A stretch of 30,617 nucleotides of DNA, from the IMG/VR virus record IMGVR_UViG_3300022177_000086, positions 1-30,617 of that record; one strand, given 5' to 3'. The notes beneath the pieces were generated by a model. The model ran no database searches, was not told the DNA's origin, and saw only the letters and a program-made list of their open reading frames with translations. Shown one piece after another: positions 1-6,646 of the stretch (position 1 is the stretch's first letter; every line of letters begins with the position of its first letter). The stretch is from a virus (taxonomy: Duplodnaviria; Caudoviricetes). The position numbers and the translations under genes are program-made.

Positions 1-2637
1 TCATTCACCCAGTGCGGCCGTGATTTGATCCTTGAGATTCTGCCCGAGGGAGTTCTTTTTTTCCGCCATAAGAAAGAGTCCCTTGCCATTGCTCTTTGCG
101 GCCCAAAGCTCACCGATGTTCTTTTTTTCCTTGGTGTCCTGCGTATCGATGAGATGGGCGCCTTTGTATTCGATGACGAAAACACGCCCGTCGCGAAGTT
201 GGGCCACAAAATCAGGATAGAACCGATCGGTTGAGGTGGGCAACCAAAAAGAAGTCAGCGGACGGTTGGCAAGGTTGCGAATCCAGTGCTTTACCTGCGG
301 CAGATTGTCGATCAGGAACGCACAGTCGCATTCCTCGCCATTTGAGGCAAGTTCCCCTGGCAGTGCAAAGAAATGTTTTTTGAACTGATACGCCCCCTGA
401 TACGACCATGTGGGATCATAGGGGCGGCTCCTGTCGAAAGCGAAACCATCGGCAAAACTGGTTTCAACATGGGCTTTGGGACCAAATAGGAAAGTCTGGT
501 AGCCCGTCGCATATCCCTGTTTCCGGCAGGCCTTGATCTTCTGCTCAACAGCCTTGGCAAGCTGAAATTTGAAGCGGAACAAATCACTCAGGGGTATGTG
601 ACGCTGTTTCATGAGATAGACAACTATCTTACGGCAGAATTCCAGAAGAACGGGTTGGGTGATATCGGGTTGACGGCATTGCTTATCGAGCCAACGGGAA
701 AGCTGCAAGTCAGTCCCATCCAACCTGAGGAGACCGGTTTGAAGTTGAACGCTCTGATCGAGGTGCTTGTAAACAACTTTCTCCCCCTGCAAATCGACTT
801 CCCAACGCTCAGCGGTCTCACGAATGGTGAATTCCGTCGGGGTAAGTTCCGCCGGATAGTTGTTAAGCGTCCATCCCCCAAGATCGAGGATGAGTTCTTC
901 CTCGACAAACTCGATCTTCCCTTGAACGTACAGAAAGAGACGAGGAACGACAAATTTCTCGCCGCGCTCGGCGGGTGAGAGGCTATGACGATATATGATT
1001 CTGTGACGATGAACGGCAGCACGCACAGCTTCCTGCTGTTCGGTCGCTCTTACGGAGGTGACAAGCCTTTGCTCAAGTTCTTCCGAGATTTCGCCATCAA
1101 TAGCAATGGCCACGGTTCCACCCGGTTCGGCCTTCACCTTGATACGCTCTATGATCCCTGCATCAAGCCCTGTTAAGTCCGGCGGCATATCCAAAGTTTG
1201 AAGAAAAACTGGCGTGCGATGGATCAAACCGCCGGTTCGGCGCATGCCTGGGATTTCGGCTTGCTGATGAACCATGTTGGTAGCTGCCTCGTCTGGTTCA
1301 AACCCCATTTTTTCGACAAGCGTATCCGTCAGGGTGCGGGCAGCTTCTCCAAACCGAGGGCTTGACACGTGCGTGTAGGCGCGGTTCAGAGCCTCATTCG
1401 AGCGGCTTTCCGCATAAGGCATACGAAGAACGCGCCCCAGGAGCTGCTCGATGTCAGTGGCTGAGCCTATGTTCGCAACAGAACATAGCACATAGGCGAA
1501 AGAGCAATCCCATCCTTCCTTGAGGGCCTCCACAGTGATGATATGTTCAACCGGGCAGGCAGGATCGAACAAATTGATGGAATCAAGCTCGCGCTGTTCA
1601 CCCGTTGCGACAGCGATACGTTCCGGTGGAATGTTCTCATTTTCGATCAGGTGCTTTTTTAAGATTTCGACGGTCACTTCCTGTCCCCTGTCCTGCGCTT
1701 GAAAGAGTGCCAAGGGGCGGATATAGCGCGCGTCGCTTTTGGCTGTGTCCGCCAGACGAGCACGTGTTTCAATCGCATCGTGGATCGCGGCCCGCCAGTC
1801 GGGATGTTCGGTCAAAATGATTGGAAGTTTAATCATCTCCGCTGCTTTGACCTCGGCGGCGGAAGCTCTGAATAGTACGTTACTTCCATTGCGCAGATCG
1901 GTGTTCGGCGTCGCAGTGAATTCCACGATGCACGAGGGTCGCAACGCGGCCAGCATATCGAACGAAAGGTTTGTGCCGGCTTTGTGCGCTTCGTCCACTA
2001 TTACCAGCGGACGATGAAAGGCCATGAGATTGACAAAGGAAAACTTGATGCCTCCCTCCTCGAGGCGTTCCAGTCCGGGTGTCGTTGCAGGGATATGGGC
2101 AAAATGAGGCTCGAAGTTTTCAGAGTGAGCATAAGCCTTGCGACCTTCGGTATTGGTCACGCGAAGGGATTGCATTGTGGATACGATGATCGACACGCGC
2201 TCGGTCAAGTCCTGGGGCCTGATCTGCGCAACGTCGCCGATGTCAAACACGGCAACCAGCCCATCGAAAGCTTGGTCAATCGCGGCTCGGTAAGGATGGG
2301 AAGGCTTTTTCAAAGCCTCCACCGTTTGCTTGCGAATAGTATTGGTAGGTACAAGCCAAAAGACAACCGGGTAATCTCTTTCCAGATACGAACGCCCCGC
2401 CTGGGCAATCGTGTGAGCGGCAAGCAGAGTTTTGCCACCGCCTGTTGGAAGACGAAGACAAACATTAGGCACGCCCACAAGCCCCGGAATGGTCCGGTAA
2501 GGAAGGGGATTCCTCTCTGGCTGTTGTTGTTGCAAGGTCCAAATATAGGACTGCTCCGGCTCTCCAGTGACGCGAACGCGCTCAAGATAAATCCTGAGCG
2601 TATCCAAAGCCGCTCGTTGAAAAGGTTTAAGCTCCAT
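1..2637 (-). CDS. res: Type III restriction-modification endonuclease/helicase subunit (Res)
   Basis: 878 aa. SF2 helicase motifs LPTGGGKT, IVDEAH, FTATP, ALKEGWD and QLLGRVLR. C-terminal PD-(D/E)xK nuclease motif YPDFV...IEYKG. Directly downstream of a methyltransferase gene. Confidence 0.9.
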   Translation of the reverse strand: MELKPFQRAALDTLRIYLERVRVTGEPEQSYIWTLQQQQPERNPLPYRTIPGLVGVPNVCLRLPTGGGKTLLAAHTIAQAGRSYLERDYPVVFWLVPTNTIRKQTVEALKKPSHPYRAAIDQAFDGLVAVFDIGDVAQIRPQDLTERVSIIVSTMQSLRVTNTEGRKAYAHSENFEPHFAHIPATTPGLERLEEGGIKFSFVNLMAFHRPLVIVDEAHKAGTNLSFDMLAALRPSCIVEFTATPNTDLRNGSNVLFRASAAEVKAAEMIKLPIILTEHPDWRAAIHDAIETRARLADTAKSDARYIRPLALFQAQDRGQEVTVEILKKHLIENENIPPERIAVATGEQRELDSINLFDPACPVEHIITVEALKEGWDCSFAYVLCSVANIGSATDIEQLLGRVLRMPYAESRSNEALNRAYTHVSSPRFGEAARTLTDTLVEKMGFEPDEAATNMVHQQAEIPGMRRTGGLIHRTPVFLQTLDMPPDLTGLDAGIIERIKVKAEPGGTVAIAIDGEISEELEQRLVTSVRATEQQEAVRAAVHRHRIIYRHSLSPAERGEKFVVPRLFLYVQGKIEFVEEELILDLGGWTLNNYPAELTPTEFTIRETAERWEVDLQGEKVVYKHLDQSVQLQTGLLRLDGTDLQLSRWLDKQCRQPDITQPVLLEFCRKIVVYLMKQRHIPLSDLFRFKFQLAKAVEQKIKACRKQGYATGYQTFLFGPKAHVETSFADGFAFDRSRPYDPTWSYQGAYQFKKHFFALPGELASNGEECDCAFLIDNLPQVKHWIRNLANRPLTSFWLPTSTDRFYPDFVAQLRDGRVFVIEYKGAHLIDTQDTKEKKNIGELWAAKSNGKGLFLMAEKKNSLGQNLKDQITAALGE

Positions 2638-2647
2638 TATCTTTCTC

Positions 2648-4168
2648 CTAGCGGGCTTTTATTTCGTAGGGAATTTGCCGGAAGATGATGCGTTCTTGCT
2701 TCAACCGTTCGGGGCTCATGCGGCAACCTTCCCCGAAAATAACCTTCGGACCCTCAAAGAACGGAAGCGACGCCAAAACCCTTGAGGTAAGGACATTGCC
2801 GCCGTTAGGCCGTCTGTCGCCGAGAACACCGTTGAAGAGTAAATACAAGGCGGTTCCTTCATGGATCCCGAGCAAGGGTGAGTCCGCCTTACCGGAAAAT
2901 GGTGAGCCAGTCTCGACAAACCAAAGATGTGCGGCCAAAGGGGCAAAACGAATGCCCGGGGAAACATATCCCTCTTCATCAAAGACCGACTCTCCCAGAC
3001 GATAGAATCGGAATCCTCCGCCTCCCTTCCAGCCTATTGTCTCTGAAATGCCACCTTGTTCACCATCAATGACTTTGCGCAGACGTGGCATGCAATGGGT
3101 TTCTGCGTGATCGCCCATTTCTATGCCGATGTAGCGACGGCCCATTTTATGAGCGACTGCTGCCGTTGTTCCCGAACCCAAAAACGAATCCAAAACAAGG
3201 TCGCCAGGAGATGTCGCAATTTGCAGAATTCTCTGGATAAGTCGTTCTGGTTTTGGGCTATCAAACGCTTCCACTTTGCCAAACAGCGCATGTATTTCTT
3301 TTTTTGACTCATCGGTATGGCCCACTTCTACAGAAGGCCACCACGTCCAAGGAGTCATCCCAGGCACTTCAGAGAGATATCGGATAATATTGGGTTGTCC
3401 ATCGAGATTTTTGCCAAAATAGATTCTACCCTCGGACAAGAGACGCTCATAGGTCGCTTTTGCAATTCCCCAGCATCGCCCTTCTGGAGGACGATGAATT
3501 TTGCCAGTCGGCGTGACCACTTCATAGAATTGTTCAGCTGTAGCATGCCCTTCCTGTGCCGTCATTGGTACAGAACGCCAGCGCCCGCGCGGATCATTGT
3601 TCGGATTGCGATAAACCTTCGCTTGTTCTTCTGTAAGAGGAACCAAGTTCCGTATTTTTTTGAATAAATCAGGTCGCTTGGCATAAACGATAATGTATTC
3701 ATGGACGTCCCCGATTGCCTCGCGATTTTCACGTGAATATCGCTTCTGCCAAACATTGCTCGCTATAAAATTCGAACGCCCAAAAATTTCATCCATGATG
3801 ACTTTCAGATAGTGCGCCTCGTTATCATCAATCGAAACCCATATGCTCCCGTCTTCCGACAGAAAATCTCGCAGGAGTTCAAGACGAGGATATATTATGG
3901 CAAGCCATTGGGTATGTTCTAGGTTGTCGTCATAATGTTCAAAAGCACTGCGAGTGTTATATGGCGGGTCGATATATACACATTTCACTTTACCGGCATA
4001 ATATGGAAGAAGGGCTTTTAGGGCGTCAAGGTTATCACCCTGGACTAGCACATTGCCGGTATCTTGATCTCCATAGGAAAATTCTGATACTTCCTCAAGA
4101 AGACGATACGATATGCATGTTGCACAGCGAATGTCCTCCTCACGAGTGAGCCAATGTAAGAGCGGCAT
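2648..4168 (-). CDS. mod: Type III R-M DNA adenine methyltransferase (Mod, beta class N6_N4_Mtase)
   Basis: 506 aa. GDNLDAL, catalytic YIDPPY, PKPERL and SAM-binding LDSFLGSGTT motifs, with DPPY before FxGxG (beta order). 10-bp gap to res. Confidence 0.92.
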   Translation of the reverse strand: MPLLHWLTREEDIRCATCISYRLLEEVSEFSYGDQDTGNVLVQGDNLDALKALLPYYAGKVKCVYIDPPYNTRSAFEHYDDNLEHTQWLAIIYPRLELLRDFLSEDGSIWVSIDDNEAHYLKVIMDEIFGRSNFIASNVWQKRYSRENREAIGDVHEYIIVYAKRPDLFKKIRNLVPLTEEQAKVYRNPNNDPRGRWRSVPMTAQEGHATAEQFYEVVTPTGKIHRPPEGRCWGIAKATYERLLSEGRIYFGKNLDGQPNIIRYLSEVPGMTPWTWWPSVEVGHTDESKKEIHALFGKVEAFDSPKPERLIQRILQIATSPGDLVLDSFLGSGTTAAVAHKMGRRYIGIEMGDHAETHCMPRLRKVIDGEQGGISETIGWKGGGGFRFYRLGESVFDEEGYVSPGIRFAPLAAHLWFVETGSPFSGKADSPLLGIHEGTALYLLFNGVLGDRRPNGGNVLTSRVLASLPFFEGPKVIFGEGCRMSPERLKQERIIFRQIPYEIKAR

Positions 4169-4358
4169 AGTATCCTTCTATCGTTATAGGTCTTGATGCA
4201 AATAGTTCCAACTCACTGGATCGTTCTGGATGTCTATACATCCACACATTGGACAACCTTCGACTTGGTCGAAGGCAATGCGTAGAGCGTGTAAACAGAA
4301 AGACAACGCGGAACAAGCGGGCCACAATATTCGCGGAGTGCGTCATGTTCCTTTGCTT

Positions 4359-4450
4359 CGTGTTGAATTTTTATACCACTCCGAAACGGTAGGAGCAATG
4401 GGTTAATGGGCGTGACCGCCCCTCCCGGTCGGGACATAAAAATTCACACG
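4359..4450. repeat. Imperfect inverted repeat CGTGTTGAATTTTTAT (4359-4374) / ATAAAAATTCACACG (4436-4450)
   Basis: Arms are reverse complements apart from a 1-nt indel; 61-bp spacer. Confidence 0.7.
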
Positions 4451-4837
4451 TTACCCCACTTCCACGTACCCAAAATTGAACGTGTTCACCCCGCCCCTGG
4501 TCGTTGTCACCTTGAACTGCAGAATGTGCCGCCCTTTCAGGGCATCCCCCGGATACTTGAACAGAACCCCAACCTGGGGTGTTGCCACGTCAGGAATCCC
4601 CGAAATCAAATCCGCGGTTGTATCCATTCCATCAAGGAAGCTCTTCACGTCAACGGCGGCAATTGGGTCTCCGGCCGGATCGGGGAGCCTGCCTTTAAAG
4701 GAAAAGCTGTGTGGACCCCAATATTGAATGACAGGATTGACGTTGATACTCGCCACATCAAAATCGAGCTTCCGTCTGCGGATCGGTGGGGAGGTGACGT
4801 CTCCCCGCCTGCTCCCGATATTGGTTCGATCTGACAT
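4451..4837 (-). CDS. Hypothetical beta-rich phage protein (possible tail/fibre adaptor); start uncertain
   Basis: The C-terminal ~128 aa of the 4451..5773 ORF reads like a real globular protein (WGPHSFSFKGRLPDP...LFKYPG...HILQFKVTTTRGGVNTFNFGYVEVG) and is co-oriented with the late genes. The rest of that ORF is antisense shadow. Confidence 0.5.
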   Translation of the reverse strand: MSDRTNIGSRRGDVTSPPIRRRKLDFDVASINVNPVIQYWGPHSFSFKGRLPDPAGDPIAAVDVKSFLDGMDTTADLISGIPDVATPQVGVLFKYPGDALKGRHILQFKVTTTRGGVNTFNFGYVEVG

Positions 4838-4859
4838 CCAGGCCGCTTCCAGGTTTAAC

Positions 4860-4887
4860 TTGACTTTTCGATGCCGTAAAATATCCT
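4860..4887 (+). promoter_or_regulatory. Candidate sigma70-type promoter for the RAMP-like gene
   Basis: TTGACT (4860-4865), 16-nt spacer, TATCCT (4882-4887) in an AT-rich patch. AAGGA ribosome-binding site at 4917-4921 before ATG 4928. Confidence 0.4.
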
Positions 4888-4927
4888 TGTATTCAGTCAT
4901 AAAAGCTTGATTACGAAAGGATAATGA

Positions 4928-5512
4928 ATGGCGTCCAAGGAAAAGAACGATGAGCCTATAGTTCTTCCCAGGCTGAACATCCAGGAGATGCGGATCACGC
5001 TTATAGGCGATTCGCCGCTCATCTGCCACGCATGGTCTGAAAAGGCCAGGAAGCAAATATTGGACAAGCAGCAGAAAAAGGCGCGTCAGGCCAGGGCTGC
5101 AAAGGATCCTCAGCGTGATTTCGAAGAATCGCTCTATAGGCACCCGGACGGTGGATACGGCTTCCCGGTCGTTGCTTTCAAGGCGGCCGCCGTGGATGCC
5201 TGTTCTCATGTCGAGGGCATAACGAAGGTCCACGCCCGGGGGGCTTTTCATATCGTCGGCGAGCTTGCGAGGCTCGACGGGGAGCCCCGGATGCGGGCGG
5301 ACATGGTCCGGGTGGGCCTGGGGACGGCCGACATCAGGATTCGGGCGGAATTCCCCGCGTGGTCGACCGTGCTGGACATCCGGTTCAACGGCAACGTGCT
5401 GTCGCGGGAGCAGATCGCGAACCTTTTCAACACGGCCGGTTTCGCCGTGGGGGTCGGGGAGTGGCGGCCGCAAAAGGACGGTTCCTACGGCATGTTTCAC
5501 GCCGAGGCGTGA
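4928..5512 (+). CDS. Stand-alone RAMP/Cas7-like RNA-binding protein (VIPR-type effector candidate)
   Basis: 194 aa with the RAMP motif order: N-terminal strand ITLIGDSPLICH, YGFPVVAFKAA (cf. Cas7/Csm3 PxIPGSSLKGA) and a C-terminal glycine-rich loop GFAVGVGEWRPQKDGSYGMF. Good RBS. Directly followed by a GGC-NN array. No other cas genes in the window. Confidence 0.75.
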   Translation: MASKEKNDEPIVLPRLNIQEMRITLIGDSPLICHAWSEKARKQILDKQQKKARQARAAKDPQRDFEESLYRHPDGGYGFPVVAFKAAAVDACSHVEGITKVHARGAFHIVGELARLDGEPRMRADMVRVGLGTADIRIRAEFPAWSTVLDIRFNGNVLSREQIANLFNTAGFAVGVGEWRPQKDGSYGMFHAEA

Positions 5513-5576
5513 GGGAGGATCGGCCGCGCGGATCATACGAAGCAAGGCAACAGGCGGAGCATGGCGCAACGGAAAC

Positions 5577-5686
5577 GGCTCGGCAGGGCAGGCAAGGCGT
5601 GGCGTGGCGAGGCTAGGCAAGGCGTGGCCAGGCTTGGCAGGCGAGGCTAGGCGAGGCGTGGCATGGCGAGGCAAGGCTGGGCACGG
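5577..5686 (+). repeat. Tandem GGC-NN pentamer repeat with invariant GGC and variable NN
   Basis: ggctc ggcag ggca | ggcaa ggcgt ggcgt ggcga ggcta ggcaa ggcgt ggcca ggctt | ggca | ggcga ggcta ggcga ggcgt ggcat ggcga ggcaa ggctg ggcac gg. Confidence 0.95.
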
Positions 5687-5688
5687 AG

Positions 5689-5727
5689 AGTGGGCGTGGG
5701 AGACATTGGCATTCTTCCTCGCCCACT
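5689..5727 (+). terminator. Stem-loop closing the array (terminator or RNA 3'-end/processing structure)
   Basis: AGUGGGCG-U-GGGAGA pairs with UCUUCC-U-CGCCCACU: 14 bp, one G-U pair, one U/U mismatch, 9-nt loop. Followed by a pyrimidine-rich TCTTCT rather than a clean poly-U. Confidence 0.55.
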
Positions 5728-5773
5728 TCTTCTGCCCCGTCAACATCAACGAAATTTCCATTAGGAGGAACAA

Positions 5774-6103
5774 GTGAGATACCTCTACATAATCTTGATT
5801 ATCCTGGGGCTATCCCAGTTTGCCATCTCGAATTCCTTTGGAGCGGACCAAGCTGATGGACATTCTCAAGATGATCTCAGAAAGCATTTTGTGGTTTGCT
5901 CGGACCCGCTTCCTTCCCACGTAATCGAATATTTCGCATACGAGGTGCGGATCTGTAATGGCTGGTGGGAGTTGAAGGGCCTGGCATTTGGTAACACCAA
6001 GCAAGAAGCGCTTAAGCAGGCCCAGCATCAAGTGCAGTTGATGAACATCGGTCAACATTCCAAGGAGATTTTGGAACCGCTCTTGCCATTCCTCAAGAAA
6101 TAG
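5774..6103 (+). CDS. Hypothetical exported protein (moron-like)
   Basis: 109 aa. AGGAGG RBS before a GTG start. N-terminal signal peptide MRYLYIILIILGLSQFAISNSFG-A. More AT-rich than the phage core. Confidence 0.7.
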   Translation: MRYLYIILIILGLSQFAISNSFGADQADGHSQDDLRKHFVVCSDPLPSHVIEYFAYEVRICNGWWELKGLAFGNTKQEALKQAQHQVQLMNIGQHSKEILEPLLPFLKK

Positions 6104-6117
6104 ACTCGACCGATAGC

Positions 6118-6345
6118 TCATTCCCTGCTCACCACCACGATTTGAGAGAGGATTTGGTTGCCCTTGATCGTAACCACAGCTTCAAGCAGGCAGCCGTGGG
6201 CATCGAGGATCTGCTTAAGCGCCCTGGAGCATTCCTGTATGCGTTGCGCTCTTGCCGACTCGACCATGCGGGCCGCATCTTCGAGCGTCGGTCCGGCCAG
6301 CGCGTCCGGGGCGCATTCCATCGGGTTCTTCGGGTGATCGTTCAT
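6118..6345 (-). CDS. Hypothetical small phage protein (75 aa)
   Basis: ATG at 6345 with an AAAGGAG RBS. Last gene of the co-oriented tail run before the inserted cassette. Confidence 0.6.
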   Translation of the reverse strand: MNDHPKNPMECAPDALAGPTLEDAARMVESARAQRIQECSRALKQILDAHGCLLEAVVTIKGNQILSQIVVVSRE

Positions 6346-6358
6346 TTCGCTCCTTTCC

Positions 6359-6637
6359 TTACCAATCGACGTCGTTGTTGGAGCCGACCGTTCCGGGATA
6401 GCTCGCCACCAGCAGGGCATCCATGTCGTCGAACGCCTGCCTTGGGATCGCGATCAGCGATTTGACGAAGGCATTCGCATTGGGATGCTGGGCCGTTTCC
6501 CGGCGCACCACGTTTCCGCCCGCATCCAGGATGGCCACGGTCGCGGCCGCCTCCGCGTGGTCCCGATAGAGCTGAATCGTGATCGCCTCGATTTTTGCCG
6601 TGGTGATCGTCACTTGCGTCGATAGCGCGATGCTCAT
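6359..6637 (-). CDS. Hypothetical phage protein downstream of the tail tip (possible fibre chaperone)
   Basis: 92 aa. GGAGG RBS immediately after the stop of the tail tip gene. Confidence 0.65.
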   Translation of the reverse strand: MSIALSTQVTITTAKIEAITIQLYRDHAEAAATVAILDAGGNVVRRETAQHPNANAFVKSLIAIPRQAFDDMDALLVASYPGTVGSNNDVDW

Positions 6638-6646
6638 TTCGCCTCC

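Larger units (their letters stand above)
5541..5727 (+). ncRNA. Putative guide RNA array: GGC-NN pentamer blocks plus 3' hairpin
   Basis: Degenerate 5' block (5541-5586), then GGCA, 9 x GGCNN (5591-5635), GGCA, 9 x GGCNN (5640-5684), and a stem-loop at 5689-5727. RNA function is inferred from position and architecture. Confidence 0.65.

Noticed and set aside
2648-4168. Phase-variable mod (simple sequence repeat tract)
   Set aside because: No long tandem SSR is seen in the gene. Only short homopolymers occur and the ORF is intact.
5577-5686. GGCNN run as a coding low-complexity region or simple microsatellite
   Set aside because: The ORFs crossing it (5265..5777 +, 4451..5773 -) give Arg/Gly/Ala or Pro/Ala nonsense and overlap a better gene. 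Strictly constant GGC with freely varying NN and regular GGCA punctuation is not a slippage pattern.
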